From Hyphomicrobiales bacterium (GTDB lineage: Bacteria; Pseudomonadota; Alphaproteobacteria; Rhizobiales; JAJFHR01), in NCBI GenBank assembly GCA_021775475.1, contig JAJFHS010000028.1, positions 15,729 through 79,728 of the forward strand: DNA of 64,000 nucleotides, read 5' to 3'. Each line of letters opens with the position of its first letter. The first letter of the stretch is position 1. A program made the translations under genes and the position numbers. The notes under the pieces are model-generated. The model had not been told where the DNA came from, ran no database searches, and saw only the letters and a program-made list of their open reading frames with translations. Shown here in pieces: positions 22,307 through 33,263 of the stretch.

Positions 22307-23461
22307 ATGGCATTGGACCAGGAAACATTTTCACAACTTATCGACACCCTCCGCCGCTTTGTTGAAAACCGGCTGGTTCCGCTGGAAGCTGAAGTGAGCG
22401 AGACCGATAAAATACCGGATGATGTTGTGGATGACATGCGTGCACTGGGGCTTTTTGGGCTGGCCACACCTGAGGAATATGGCGGTCTTGGTCTTAATCT
22501 CGAAGAAGAAGTTCGGATCATCATTGAGCTTGGCCACACCACGCCCGCTTTTCGATCGGTGTTTGGCACCAACAATGGCATCGGATCGCAAGGTATCGTC
22601 ATGGATGGTACACCTGAACAGAAACAGAAATACCTGCCCAAAATGGCCTCGGGCGAAATCATCGGCTCGTTTGCTTTGACCGAGCCGGAAGCGGGGTCGG
22701 ATGCAGCGTCCCTGCAGACGACAGCAATTTTGGATGGCAGCGAGTATGTTCTCAATGGCACCAAACGTTTTATCACCAACGCGCCACAGGCCAACCTTTT
22801 CACCGTCATGGCGCGCACGGGTAAATCGATAAAGGGCGCATCAGGAATTTCGGCATTTTTGGTGGAGGCGGGGATACCTGGTCTGTCACTGGGGCCGCGC
22901 GTGAGAAAAATGGGTCAACAAGGTGCGCATGTGTGTGATGTCATTTTTGAAGATTGCCGCATACCGGCTGACGCTTTAATCGGTGGCGTTGAAGGCCGTG
23001 GATTCAGGACTGCCATGAAAGTTCTTGATCGTGGTCGTATTACCATATCGGGCATGTGCATCGGCAATGCCCAACGGTTAATCCGTGACAGTCTAACCTA
23101 CGCCATGGAACGCAAACAGTTTGGCAAGCCGATCGCCGATTTCCAGCTGGTGCAGGCAATACTGGCCGATTGTGAAACGGAGACCTATGCGGCAAAATCC
23201 ATGGTGCTGGATACAGCACGGCGCAAGGATACCGGTGAAGATGTCACCAAGCTGGCGGCAATTTGTAAATATTACGCATCCGAAATGGTTGGGCGAGTGG
23301 CCGACCGGGCGGTGCAGATTCACGGTGGTGCTGGCTATGTTGCCGATTATGGTATCGAGAGGTTCTATCGCGATGTGCGGCTATATCGACTTTATGAAGG
23401 AACATCACAAATTCAGCAACTGATTATCGCCCGCGAGATGATGAAAGAGGCTAAGGGGTAG
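22307..23461 (+). CDS. acyl-CoA dehydrogenase
   Basis: 384 aa. FALTEPEAGSDA, FITNA and C-terminal YEGTSQIQQLIIAREM (catalytic Glu context). Confidence 0.9.
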   Translation: MALDQETFSQLIDTLRRFVENRLVPLEAEVSETDKIPDDVVDDMRALGLFGLATPEEYGGLGLNLEEEVRIIIELGHTTPAFRSVFGTNNGIGSQGIVMDGTPEQKQKYLPKMASGEIIGSFALTEPEAGSDAASLQTTAILDGSEYVLNGTKRFITNAPQANLFTVMARTGKSIKGASGISAFLVEAGIPGLSLGPRVRKMGQQGAHVCDVIFEDCRIPADALIGGVEGRGFRTAMKVLDRGRITISGMCIGNAQRLIRDSLTYAMERKQFGKPIADFQLVQAILADCETETYAAKSMVLDTARRKDTGEDVTKLAAICKYYASEMVGRVADRAVQIHGGAGYVADYGIERFYRDVRLYRLYEGTSQIQQLIIAREMMKEAKG

Positions 23462-23462
23462 G

Positions 23463-24446
23463 CTAAGGGGTAGGCGAAGGATGAACTCCAATCCCCATTC
23501 GGACCGCTGCCGCATCATACTGATTGATGAGTTCATTGATTCGTTCTGAAACCGGTACGATTTTTTGAACCACTCCGATACCCTGACCGCTGCCCAGTAT
23601 ATCCTTCCACGCCTTGGATTTGGAACCACTGCTGGAGCCGAACTTCATGGTTGAAAGATCGCCCTCAGCCAGATTGTCGGGATCAAGTCCCTGGGCTGCA
23701 ACCGAGGGTTTAAGGTAATTACCGTGCACCCCCGTGAACAGGTTGGAATAGATAATATCATCGGCACTGCAATCGACAATCATCTGTTTATAGGTGTCTG
23801 AGGCATTGGCTTCTTCGGTGGCAATGAAGGGGGAGCCGACATAGGAGAGATCGGCACCCATGGCCTGGGCCGCGAGAACGGAACCGCCGGTAGCTATAGA
23901 GCCCGCCAGCAATAGCGGACCATCGAACCATTGACGAATTTCCTGCACCAGCGCGAAAGGCGAAATTGTGCCAGCGTGCCCACCGGCACCCGCAGCTACC
24001 GCAATCAGGCCATCGGCACCTTTTTCAATTGCCTTTCTGGCAAAACGATTATTGATAACATCGTGCAGAACGATGCCACCATAGTCATGAATGGCGTCAT
24101 TGAGTTCCGGTCTTGCACCCAGCGACGTTATGATAATCGGCACCTTGTGTTTGACACAGACCTCGACATCTTCCCACAGGCGCTCGTTGGTTTTATGGAC
24201 GATCTGATTTACCGCAAAGGGCGCTGCGGGTTGATCGGGATTGGCGTGAGAGTAGCGTTCCAGCTCCCCGGTGATACGCATCAGCCACAGATCAAGCAGC
24301 TCGACTGGTCGGGCGTTGAGGGACGGAAAACTGCCGACGATACCGGCTTTACATTGGGCAATGACCAGATCCGGGTTTGAAATCAAAAACAGGGGCGCAG
24401 CCACAATCGGTGCGCGCAGATTATCGAATATTGGCGGCAGGCTCAT
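23463..24446 (-). CDS. nitronate monooxygenase (NMO / 2-nitropropane dioxygenase family, FMN-dependent)
   Basis: APLFLISNPDLV N-terminus and AAGAGGHAG FMN/active-site motif. Confidence 0.82.
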   Translation of the reverse strand: MSLPPIFDNLRAPIVAAPLFLISNPDLVIAQCKAGIVGSFPSLNARPVELLDLWLMRITGELERYSHANPDQPAAPFAVNQIVHKTNERLWEDVEVCVKHKVPIIITSLGARPELNDAIHDYGGIVLHDVINNRFARKAIEKGADGLIAVAAGAGGHAGTISPFALVQEIRQWFDGPLLLAGSIATGGSVLAAQAMGADLSYVGSPFIATEEANASDTYKQMIVDCSADDIIYSNLFTGVHGNYLKPSVAAQGLDPDNLAEGDLSTMKFGSSSGSKSKAWKDILGSGQGIGVVQKIVPVSERINELINQYDAAAVRMGIGVHPSPTP

Positions 24447-25033
24447 GGCTTGACATCTCGCCCCATGGTGTAAAACTCATCATTAGCCCGCATCGAGGTT
24501 ACATTGGCCATGCGATTGGACAGGCCGAAAAACGATGTAATGCCGGCGATGTCCCAGATATCTTCGTCACTGAAACCGTGACCATGCAGAATTTCAAAAT
24601 CATTATCGTCAATTTCCTGAACGTGATTGCAGACCTTGAGAGCGAAATCCAGCATGGCCATCTGGCGCGCTGAAATATCAGCCTTGCGATAATTGACGGC
24701 AACCTGATCGGCGACAAGCGCATTTTTCGCCCGAATGCGTAAAATCGCCCCGTGGGCAATAACGCAATAGTGGCAACTGTTGGCGTTGGACGTGGCAACA
24801 ATGATCATTTCCATATCGGCCTTGCTGAGACCGCTGTCCTTTTCCATCAGGGCATCGTGATAAGCGAAAAATGCCCGGAATTCATCGGGGCGGTGCGCCA
24901 GTACCAGAAAAACATTGGGAACAAATCCCGCCTTTTCCTGCACCGCCAGAATTTTCGTGCTTATATCTTCTGGAAGACTGTTGATATCAGGAACCGGGAA
25001 ACGCGAAATCGGTGGTGTCGTCATGGTAATCAC
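24443..25033 (-). CDS. carboxymuconolactone decarboxylase (AhpD-like) family peroxidase-related protein
   Basis: 196 aa with the CMD-domain motif SCHYCVIAHG (C-x2-C-x2-H). ATGA overlap with the NMO gene. Confidence 0.75.
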   Translation of the reverse strand: MITMTTPPISRFPVPDINSLPEDISTKILAVQEKAGFVPNVFLVLAHRPDEFRAFFAYHDALMEKDSGLSKADMEMIIVATSNANSCHYCVIAHGAILRIRAKNALVADQVAVNYRKADISARQMAMLDFALKVCNHVQEIDDNDFEILHGHGFSDEDIWDIAGITSFFGLSNRMANVTSMRANDEFYTMGRDVKP

Positions 25034-25042
25034 TCTTTTTGT

Positions 25043-26638
25043 TTAATAGCCGATGGCACAGCCGTCTTTTCGCGGGTCCGACCCCGCCGTCAACACGCCC
25101 TGCTCCCAATCTATCCAGATCGCCTGGGAGCCACCAATAGGGCGTTTGGCAGCAGATATTCTGTGACCACGGCGGCGCAGTTTTTCAGTAATTTCTTCCG
25201 GCACACCGGCTTCAACCTCTACATCACCAGTGAACGGATCAACCATGGTGCGCGGATAATCCATGGCCTGTTGAATATCGAGACCGTAGTCCAGCAGCCG
25301 GGTTAAAAACTGCATGTGCCCAAAAGCCTGATATTCGCCGCCCATAACACCAAACGGCATGACCACGCGATTTTCCTTGGTTACCATGCCGGGAATAATC
25401 GTATGCAGCGGGCGCTTGTTGCCGGCGATGCAATTACGGCTATTGGGATCAAGCGAAAACCCCATGCCGCGGCTTTGCAGCACAACGCCGGATTTAGGCG
25501 CTACCAGACCAGAGCCAAAGCCAGTGAAAACCGTATTGATAAAACTACAGCAGTTTCTGTCCTTATCCACCACAGTGATATAAACCGTGTCTTCATGGCG
25601 CGGCAAATCCACATCAACAGGAGGCTCAACCGCGCGTTCAGGGTCAATAGCTTCTCGAATGCGGGCAGCGAATTCGGCTGACAGAATTTCTTCCACCGGC
25701 ACCTCACTATGGTCAGGATCGGCGAGATAAATACTGCGTGCGGCATAGGCAAGGCGACAGGCTTCCAGTTCCTGATGCAGACGATCTACTGTTATCGGAT
25801 CTGCCGAATCCAGTTCAATCCCACTGATGATATTCAACAATAAAAGTGCAATCACGCCCTGACCGTTGGGCGGGCATTCATGCACCTGATAGCCGCGAAA
25901 TTCAGTGGATATGGGGGTGACATAGTCGCCTTTTGCGGCCGCGAAATCTGCCAATGTGTGTAAGCCGCCTTTCGATTGCAGATAATCGACAATGTCGTGG
26001 GCAACCTCTCCGGTATAGAAAACCTCGCGACCGTGATCGGCGATTTTTTGTAAAGTGGCTGCCAGCAGGGGCTGAAAATGCATTTGGCCAACAGCGGGAA
26101 CGCGTCCTTTTGGCAAAAAAATTTCTGCGCCATTCTCACTTGCCCGCAATAAGGCCTCACTGTTTACGAAATCCGTATGTACGCGCGAGGATATTGGATA
26201 GCCATCGCGCGCATAGGCGATGGCCGGGCCTAAAAGCTCGCCGAGGGATTTTTTACCGTGATCGCCAACAAGCTGGCTCCAGGCGTCAATGGATCCCGGA
26301 ACCGTTACGGCATGGGGTGTATCGACTTCAATTTTTGAAATGCCATGCTCCTGATACCAGTCGATTGAGGCAGCAGCAGGGGCGCGGCCTGAGCCGTTAA
26401 AGGCTATAATTTCGTCTGACCCGCCCTTTGAATAAAGACAAAAGCAATCCCCGCCGATACCGGTTGAGCCAGGCTCGACCACGCATTGAACCGCACAGGC
26501 AGCAACGGCTGCATCCATGGCGTTGCCGCCTGATTTCAACACATCAACAGCTGCCTGAGTTGACAGGGGATGTGAGGAGCTGGCCATAGCAGTGGGGGTG
26601 TGAACAGGCGAGCGCCCGGGTAATTGAAGGTTACGCAT
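25043..26638 (-). CDS. gamma-glutamyltransferase family protein
   Basis: 531 aa. GGNAMDAAVA, TGIGGDCF, an autoprocessing-site-like HEDTVYITVVD, and MGGEYQ near the C-terminus. Confidence 0.85.
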   Translation of the reverse strand: MRNLQLPGRSPVHTPTAMASSSHPLSTQAAVDVLKSGGNAMDAAVAACAVQCVVEPGSTGIGGDCFCLYSKGGSDEIIAFNGSGRAPAAASIDWYQEHGISKIEVDTPHAVTVPGSIDAWSQLVGDHGKKSLGELLGPAIAYARDGYPISSRVHTDFVNSEALLRASENGAEIFLPKGRVPAVGQMHFQPLLAATLQKIADHGREVFYTGEVAHDIVDYLQSKGGLHTLADFAAAKGDYVTPISTEFRGYQVHECPPNGQGVIALLLLNIISGIELDSADPITVDRLHQELEACRLAYAARSIYLADPDHSEVPVEEILSAEFAARIREAIDPERAVEPPVDVDLPRHEDTVYITVVDKDRNCCSFINTVFTGFGSGLVAPKSGVVLQSRGMGFSLDPNSRNCIAGNKRPLHTIIPGMVTKENRVVMPFGVMGGEYQAFGHMQFLTRLLDYGLDIQQAMDYPRTMVDPFTGDVEVEAGVPEEITEKLRRRGHRISAAKRPIGGSQAIWIDWEQGVLTAGSDPRKDGCAIGY

Positions 26639-26784
26639 AAATAAAATACCTCATTGTTTTTTTTAGCCTTTTTGTGCTGCCCATTGCTCTGAGTAGAGCA
26701 TTTTAAACAATTTTCTTCAACAGGCCTAAGCAAAAATTAATACTATTATTCCATATTTTGACAATTCAAATTGGGAGATAAGCT

Positions 26785-29166
26785 GTGTGGAAATTGTTTG
26801 AAAACATGTCGATAAAAGTTAAGCTGATCCTCAGCGCTTTGGGAGCAGGATTATTGACACTTATCGTTGCCTCAATAGGTTTCAGTAATATATCTTCCCA
26901 AGGCAATACTGTTAGATCATCTCAAGATCTGGCAACAGCACTTTCCGGAATGAACGACATTTCCCGGAATATGGCCATATACTTAAATAGCCCTGGCTCC
27001 AAAGTTGCCGAAGACATCGCAACAGCTACCACGGTTGTGAGATCAGAACTGGAAGGCCAGGCGACTGCCCATTTCGAGATTTCCGACATTCTAGCAGAGG
27101 TTGATAAGTTCTCGGTCTCTTTTTCCGCTCTGGAAACTGCCACTGAAAATATAATCCAGCAGTCTAGCAAAATGAACAGCGCAGTGAAGACCTTGCGTGA
27201 TACCGGCAATAAAATTCGTGCGAAAGCCAAGGTTGAAGCCAACAAAATCATGGCTAAACGCAATGGTCAGCGTAAAATTGTCGCGCGTGCATTAGGTCTT
27301 GCTGTTATAGTAAGTGAAGCTGCACTGTCGGCAGAAAAAGCATCCAAAATTCTGGGGCCGGTTTTATTGTCAGGAATAACATCAAAGACACCGGATGAAG
27401 ATAAGTTAGTATTTGCAGAGCTGGAATCTCGCACTAAAAAACTATCCGAATCTTCCGTATCTCCAGAAACTGATGAAATGGCGCGGGCGTTGAATAGCCG
27501 TGTTGCCCTTGTTTTCAAATTATTGGAAGAATTCAAAAACGATTCTGATGCAATGTCACGCTCAAGTGTGCAATTGCAGGCGTGGGGTGCCTTAAGCAAG
27601 ATTGCAGATGATACGGTCAATTTAAGCAATGCTTTCATCAATTTTAACAAGCAGGCGCGCAAAAGTAACGAAAAACTTTCGCGCGAACTTCGCGCCGCCC
27701 TCACCCGGGCGACAATTGGTGATGCGTATGCCAATGCCGCTGTTGATGTGGCCATGCAGGTAGCCGATTATCGTTTGAAACCCGGCAAGGATCAGCAAAA
27801 AGCGGTTGAAGATAAAATCAATCAGCTGTCAGGACTGTCAGGAGCGTTGAAGGCTATGACCAAGACGGACACAATGCCTTTGATTAATGATTTCAAAAAG
27901 ACCTTTGTCAATCTGGCTCAGGCCAATGCCGGTTTGTTGGCGGCATTAGCCCGTGCACAAAATGCTGAAAAATCAATCGCCGAAAGGGTCACAGAGCTGG
28001 TTGAAGAACAATCAAGTCTGGCAACCAGCACCGCGACCCAGGCCTTTACGTTGATTTCTGCCGCAACAATTATTGCAGTGGTGTTTGCAATATTGATAAC
28101 TTTGGGCTTGTGGATGCTTATCTCCAAACCACTGTCCAATCTTACGAAGATTACGCAGCGTGTTTCTTCCGGTGATCTTGACATCGAGCTTGAGGCCAAT
28201 GGCCGCAAGGATGAAGTCGGGCAGTTGATGCTGGAAATTTCAGGATTTAGAGATAATTCACTACGACAAAGAGAACTGGAATCCGAGGCCGAAGATTCAA
28301 GAACAACTGAACGCGAACGTCAGGGGCGAATTAAAGACCTGATCGACGATTTCAGAACCGACGTTCAAAAAGGATTGTCCGGGGTTGGCGACAATGCCAC
28401 TCAGATGCAGAACTCCGCGCAGGATATGACAGGCATAGCAGATCAAACCGCTGAGCAGGCAGCGGGTGCTGAAAACGCGTTTAAAGAAGCCTCAGGAAAC
28501 GTCCAGACTGTTGCCTCCGCCGCCGAAGAGCTAAGCTCATCAATTGAAGGGATCCGGCGCCAGGTAGCCACGACCAGTGGCATAGTTGACCAGGCGACCA
28601 ACAACGCCTCCGACACCAGTCGAAAGATCGGCGAACTTGCCCTGGCGGCAGATAAAATCGGTGCCGTGGTCAATCTGATACAGGATATTGCCGAGCAAAC
28701 AAATCTTTTGGCACTCAATGCTACAATTGAGGCAGCACGTGCCGGTGACGCGGGCAAGGGTTTTGCCGTTGTTGCCAGCGAAGTAAAAAGTCTGGCAACG
28801 CAAACAGCCAACGCCACCCAGGAAATTGCCACCCAGGTTTCAGGTATTCAGGGTTCGACCACAGAGGCTGTTGATGCCATTGGTGAGATCACCAAAATTA
28901 TGGACGAGGTTAACGAATACACCTCAACCATTGCCGTTGCCGTCGAGCAGCAGGGTGATGCTACATCTGAGATTTCTCTTTCCGTTCAAAAAGCTGCCAC
29001 CGGCACGCATGCGGCGGCTGAAAAGATGGCCGGTGTAATGAACGGTGTCTCAAAGACGACCAATTCCTCAAGCCAGGTGCTGACAGCTTCTTCCGAGGTC
29101 AGTGATCAGGCAGCGCATTTGCGAAATTTGATTGACAGCTTCCTCAAAGAAGCTTTGGCAGCATAG
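26785..29166 (+). CDS. methyl-accepting chemotaxis protein with a ~390-aa helical periplasmic sensor domain
   Basis: Two TM segments (about aa 15-33 and 420-445), HAMP, and the highly conserved MA signalling hairpin (IAEQTNLLALNATIEAARAGDAGKGFAVVASEVKSLA). The track start is GTG 26785; ATG 26806 (MSIKVKL) is an alternative. Confidence 0.9.
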   Translation: MWKLFENMSIKVKLILSALGAGLLTLIVASIGFSNISSQGNTVRSSQDLATALSGMNDISRNMAIYLNSPGSKVAEDIATATTVVRSELEGQATAHFEISDILAEVDKFSVSFSALETATENIIQQSSKMNSAVKTLRDTGNKIRAKAKVEANKIMAKRNGQRKIVARALGLAVIVSEAALSAEKASKILGPVLLSGITSKTPDEDKLVFAELESRTKKLSESSVSPETDEMARALNSRVALVFKLLEEFKNDSDAMSRSSVQLQAWGALSKIADDTVNLSNAFINFNKQARKSNEKLSRELRAALTRATIGDAYANAAVDVAMQVADYRLKPGKDQQKAVEDKINQLSGLSGALKAMTKTDTMPLINDFKKTFVNLAQANAGLLAALARAQNAEKSIAERVTELVEEQSSLATSTATQAFTLISAATIIAVVFAILITLGLWMLISKPLSNLTKITQRVSSGDLDIELEANGRKDEVGQLMLEISGFRDNSLRQRELESEAEDSRTTERERQGRIKDLIDDFRTDVQKGLSGVGDNATQMQNSAQDMTGIADQTAEQAAGAENAFKEASGNVQTVASAAEELSSSIEGIRRQVATTSGIVDQATNNASDTSRKIGELALAADKIGAVVNLIQDIAEQTNLLALNATIEAARAGDAGKGFAVVASEVKSLATQTANATQEIATQVSGIQGSTTEAVDAIGEITKIMDEVNEYTSTIAVAVEQQGDATSEISLSVQKAATGTHAAAEKMAGVMNGVSKTTNSSSQVLTASSEVSDQAAHLRNLIDSFLKEALAA

Positions 29167-29183
29167 GGCACTTCTCGATTATC

Positions 29184-30113
29184 CTAGTTAGGTACATCTG
29201 GTAAAAATCGACCATCCTCGGCGACAATAAACTCATGGAATTTTTCGGCAACCGGGCTAAGTTCAATATCGCGTCGATGTATCAAGAACCAGTGGCGGGT
29301 AATTGGCACCCCGTCCGCCCTGATTTGCACCAACCGTCCGTCAGTCAATTCACTGGCCACCGTGTGGGCTGAAATAAAGGCGATGCCAAGATTGGCAATA
29401 ACGGCTTGCTTAATGGTTTCGTTGGTGCCCATTTCAACCGTATGATAGGGGCGCCCCTCACCTATCCGGTCCATATGCCGTTCCATCAAAATGCGCGTTC
29501 CCGACCCCCTTTCGCGTGTCAGGAAGGTTTGATTGAGCAAATCTTCGGGCAAAACGTCGCACCCTGTGGCTAAAGGGTGCCCATAGGGCGCAATTATAAT
29601 GTGGGGGTGGACCCCCAGAATTTCCGCGACAACTTCCGATATGCGCGGCGGTCTGCCGGTGATTGCAAGATCGACGGTGCCTTCAGAAATCAGTGAAATA
29701 ATTTCCCCGCGATTGCCTATTTTCAAGCCGACTTCAATATCTGGAAAGAGGCTTTGAAAGGTCGAAACCAACTGCGGTGCAAAATATTTTCCAGTGCTGG
29801 TAACGCCAAGCGCGAGGTAGCCGGTTTTTCCTGATGACAGTGATTTTATTCTGTCAAAACAGATGTTTAAATTAGCGTTTATGGTATATGCCGTGCGCAG
29901 AACTTCCTCGCCTGAAGCGGTTAGAGCGGTTTTACCGTCATTACCGCGCTCGACCAGCTTTACGCCCAGATTTTGTTCCAGCAGCCGCAATTGTATCGAT
30001 ATGGCCGGTGGCGTCAGGTTTAACACAATTGCAGCCGCCGCAAGGGTTCCGTTTTCATTGATGGCGACCAGAGCCCGCAGCTGTTTCAGACTTATGGCAT
30101 TATGCTTGGTCAT
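29184..30113 (-). CDS. cbbR: LysR family transcriptional regulator, CbbR type
   Basis: LysR wHTH (LRALVAINENGTLAAAAIVLNLTPPAISIQLRLLE). Divergent from a Calvin-cycle operon, the canonical cbbR position. Confidence 0.85.
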   Translation of the reverse strand: MTKHNAISLKQLRALVAINENGTLAAAAIVLNLTPPAISIQLRLLEQNLGVKLVERGNDGKTALTASGEEVLRTAYTINANLNICFDRIKSLSSGKTGYLALGVTSTGKYFAPQLVSTFQSLFPDIEVGLKIGNRGEIISLISEGTVDLAITGRPPRISEVVAEILGVHPHIIIAPYGHPLATGCDVLPEDLLNQTFLTRERGSGTRILMERHMDRIGEGRPYHTVEMGTNETIKQAVIANLGIAFISAHTVASELTDGRLVQIRADGVPITRHWFLIHRRDIELSPVAEKFHEFIVAEDGRFLPDVPN

Positions 30114-30212
30114 AAATTTTATTTAACACAGACATGATTTTTTTCAATTTATTTTTCTAATGTTATTGCCCAAAACTTATCTGGTAGAAACCTTAAAACC
30201 AGAGATTGTGTG
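30114..30212. promoter_or_regulatory. AT-rich divergent cbbR-cbbF control region (expected CbbR operator and cbb promoter)
   Basis: 99-bp AT-rich spacer between divergent starts. I could not pin down an unambiguous T-N11-A box by eye. Confidence 0.4.
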
Positions 30213-31232
30213 ATGAACAGGGCGTTGGAATTTTCTAAATACATGGCAACCAATGGTGACATCCCCACGGATGTGGCCGAAGTTGTTGTGGCGCTGTCAA
30301 CGGTGGCCAAGACCCTGTCTAAGAAAATTTCCAGAGGCGCTCTTGAAGGTGCCATGGGGGCATCTGTCGGCGAGAACAGCGATGGGGACACTCAAAAAGC
30401 CCTCGACATTATTGCTGACGAAATGTTTTTCGAACAGATATGCAAAACCAGCGTGCGTTGGTTTGCTTCAGAAGAACGCGACGAGGTTATTACAGCAAAT
30501 GCTTCGGGCAGACTGGCGCTGGCCATCGATCCACTCGACGGCTCCTCCAACATCGATGTCAACATGTCGATCGGCACAATCTTTTCGATTTACGAAGCTA
30601 AAGACGATGGCGATGAAAGCTTCCTGCGGCCGGGTATTGATCAGATTGCCGGTGGCTACATCATCTACGGGCCACAGACGGCGATGATGATAACGTTTGG
30701 TGCCGGCACACTGTCGTTGATCCTCGATCCTGATAGCGACCAGTTTGTGATGCTCGATCAGGCGGTTAAAATACCTGACCAGACCGTTGAGTTTGCCATC
30801 AATGCCTCCAACTACCGCCATTGGCCCACCCCTGTCCGGGCTTATATTGACGATTGTTATTCCGGTGAAACCGGCCCGCGTGGCAAAAATTTCAACATGC
30901 GCTGGGTAGCCTCTCTGGTGGCGGAAACCCATCGTATTCTCACTCGTGGCGGTATATTTCTTTATCCCGGTGACAGTCGCAAAGGTTATGAGCACGGTCG
31001 TCTGCGCATGGTTTACGAATGTGCCCCCATTGCCTTTTTACTCGAGCAGGCTGGTGGTCTGGCCACCGATGGCTGCGACCGGCTGCTGGAGCAACGGGCG
31101 AAAACACTGCACGCCCGCACGCCGTTCGTTTTTGGCACCGCTGAAAAAGTTAGCCGTCTTAGCGCATATTATGATTTACCCGAATTTGAGGCACCGGCAT
31201 TGTTCCGCAACCGCGGCCTGTTCAGGGATTGA
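30213..31232 (+). CDS. cbbF: class 1 fructose-1,6-/sedoheptulose-1,7-bisphosphatase
   Basis: [28 protein letters not shown] and RMVYECAP motifs. First gene of the cbb operon. ATG at 30213. Confidence 0.9.
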   Translation: MNRALEFSKYMATNGDIPTDVAEVVVALSTVAKTLSKKISRGALEGAMGASVGENSDGDTQKALDIIADEMFFEQICKTSVRWFASEERDEVITANASGRLALAIDPLDGSSNIDVNMSIGTIFSIYEAKDDGDESFLRPGIDQIAGGYIIYGPQTAMMITFGAGTLSLILDPDSDQFVMLDQAVKIPDQTVEFAINASNYRHWPTPVRAYIDDCYSGETGPRGKNFNMRWVASLVAETHRILTRGGIFLYPGDSRKGYEHGRLRMVYECAPIAFLLEQAGGLATDGCDRLLEQRAKTLHARTPFVFGTAEKVSRLSAYYDLPEFEAPALFRNRGLFRD

Positions 31233-31243
31233 GGAGAGGTCTT

Positions 31244-32116
31244 ATGAGTACGAAGCATCCGATCATTACAGTCACAGGATCTTCTGGAGCCGGCACGACC
31301 ACTGTCAAGCACACGTTTGACCAGATTTTTCGCCGCGAAGGCATTAGATCGGTGTCGATTGAAGGTGACGCTTTTCACCGCTACAATCGCGCCGAGATGG
31401 CAGCGGAAAATGAAAAACGGCAGGCGGAAGGCGATCATTCATTCAGTCATTTTTCATTTGATGCAAATAAACTGAAAGAGCTGGAAAGCGTGCTTTGCAC
31501 CTACGGTGAAACCGGTAAAGGGCGCACGCGCACATACATTCATGACGATGTGGAGGCAAATCGCCTTAATACGCCATCGGGAGAGTTTACCAAGTGGAAG
31601 CCTTTTGACGATGGCACCGATATTCTGTTCTATGAAGGTTTGCACGGCGCGGTTTCAAACAGTGTTATCAAGATTGCCGATTACGCGGATTTGAAAATCG
31701 GTGTTGTGCCGGTTATCAATCTTGAGTGGATCCAGAAAATTCACCGGGATAAATCCTCGCGCGGCTATTCAACCGAAGCCGTCACCGATGTTATTTTGCG
31801 CCGCATGGATGCCTATGTGAAATGTATTGTACCGCAATTTTCAAACACCGATATCAACTTCCAGCGCGTGCCGGTTGTCGACACCTCAAACCCCTTCATT
31901 GCCCGAACCATCCCGAGCGCGGATGAGAGCCTGGTGGTCATTCGCTTTGCCAATCCAAGCGGCATCGATTTTCCCTATCTGACATCGATGATCAAGGACA
32001 GTTGGATGAGCCGGGCCAATTCAATCGTCATTCCCGGTGGCAAAATGGATATTGCCATGCAGCTGATCCTGACACCGCTAATTTTCCGCCTTATCGATAA
32101 TGCACGGCGGGCCTGA
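31244..32116 (+). CDS. cbbP: phosphoribulokinase
   Basis: HPIITVTGSSGAGTTT P-loop and EGDAFHRYNR, as in bacterial PRK. 290 aa from the ATG at 31244, preceded by GAGGAGAGG. Confidence 0.92.
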   Translation: MSTKHPIITVTGSSGAGTTTVKHTFDQIFRREGIRSVSIEGDAFHRYNRAEMAAENEKRQAEGDHSFSHFSFDANKLKELESVLCTYGETGKGRTRTYIHDDVEANRLNTPSGEFTKWKPFDDGTDILFYEGLHGAVSNSVIKIADYADLKIGVVPVINLEWIQKIHRDKSSRGYSTEAVTDVILRRMDAYVKCIVPQFSNTDINFQRVPVVDTSNPFIARTIPSADESLVVIRFANPSGIDFPYLTSMIKDSWMSRANSIVIPGGKMDIAMQLILTPLIFRLIDNARRA

Positions 32117-32175
32117 GAAAAAATTATGAAAGTTACAACCGCCAGCACAGCGAACAATAAAAAGGAAACCCGATC

Positions 32176-33240
32176 ATGTCCCTGATAACTTTGCGGCAGC
32201 TTTTGGATCATGCCGCCGAAAACGACTACGGAGTACCGGCCTTCAACATCAATAATATGGAGCAGGGATTGGCCATAATGAAGGCGGCAAAAAAATGTGA
32301 CGCCCCCGTTATAATGCAGGCAAGTCGGGGCGCTCGGTCATATTCAGGTGATATCATGCTGCGCCACATGGTCCAGGCGCTGGCCGAAATGTATCCCGAA
32401 ATTCCGATCTGCATGCATCAGGATCACGGCAATAATGAAGCCACCTGTTCGTCCGCCATTCGACATGGTTTTACCTCCGTGATGATGGACGGCAGTCTTG
32501 AAGCTGACATGAAAACCCCGGCATCATATGAGTATAACATCGCCATTACCGAACGCGTGGCGCGTATGGCCCATTGGGTCGGAGCCTCCGTTGAAGGTGA
32601 GCTTGGTGTTCTCGGTTCTCTGGAGACCGGGGAAGCCGAAGAAGAAGACGGTTCTGGTGCTTCGGGAAAATTGTCTATGGAACAATTGCTGACAGACCCG
32701 GATCAGGCGGTTGATTTCGTCGAAAAAACCAAAGTGGATGCTCTGGCAATCGCCTGTGGCACCAGCCATGGTGCCTACAAATTCAGCCGCAAGCCTGATG
32801 GTGACATTCTGGCGATGAATGTGATTGAAGCCATTCACAAAAAACTTCCCGGCACGCACCTGGTGATGCACGGCTCATCTTCAGTGCCGCAGGAGTTGCA
32901 GGACATCATCAATACCTGTGGCGGTGACATGCCCCAGACCTACGGGGTACCGGTGGAAGAAATCGAACGCGGCATAAAAAACGGTGTGCGCAAGGTCAAC
33001 ATCGATACCGACTGTCGCATGGCGATGACCGGGCAATTTCGCAAAATCGCTACACAAGACGCAACCCAATTTGACCCGCGCAAATTCCTCATCCCCGCCA
33101 TGGAGGCGATGGAAGCCCTGTGTCTGGACCGGTTTGAACGCTTTGGTACGGCTGGAAACGCGGCAAGCATCAAAGTCATCCCCATGGACAATATGGCCAG
33201 ACGTTACGCTGAGGGATCACTTGATCCCGTTGCTGCATAA
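32176..33240 (+). CDS. cbbA: class II fructose-bisphosphate aldolase (Calvin-cycle type)
   Basis: [27 protein letters not shown] and MHGSSSVP motifs. Confidence 0.92.
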   Translation: MSLITLRQLLDHAAENDYGVPAFNINNMEQGLAIMKAAKKCDAPVIMQASRGARSYSGDIMLRHMVQALAEMYPEIPICMHQDHGNNEATCSSAIRHGFTSVMMDGSLEADMKTPASYEYNIAITERVARMAHWVGASVEGELGVLGSLETGEAEEEDGSGASGKLSMEQLLTDPDQAVDFVEKTKVDALAIACGTSHGAYKFSRKPDGDILAMNVIEAIHKKLPGTHLVMHGSSSVPQELQDIINTCGGDMPQTYGVPVEEIERGIKNGVRKVNIDTDCRMAMTGQFRKIATQDATQFDPRKFLIPAMEAMEALCLDRFERFGTAGNAASIKVIPMDNMARRYAEGSLDPVAA

Positions 33241-33263
33241 ACTTTCAAAAAGGAGAAAATATC

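Noticed and set aside
30114-30212. A specific CbbR T-N11-A / TNA-N7-TNA operator
   Set aside because: The spacer is very AT-rich and several weak candidates exist. None was convincing by eye, so only the region is reported.
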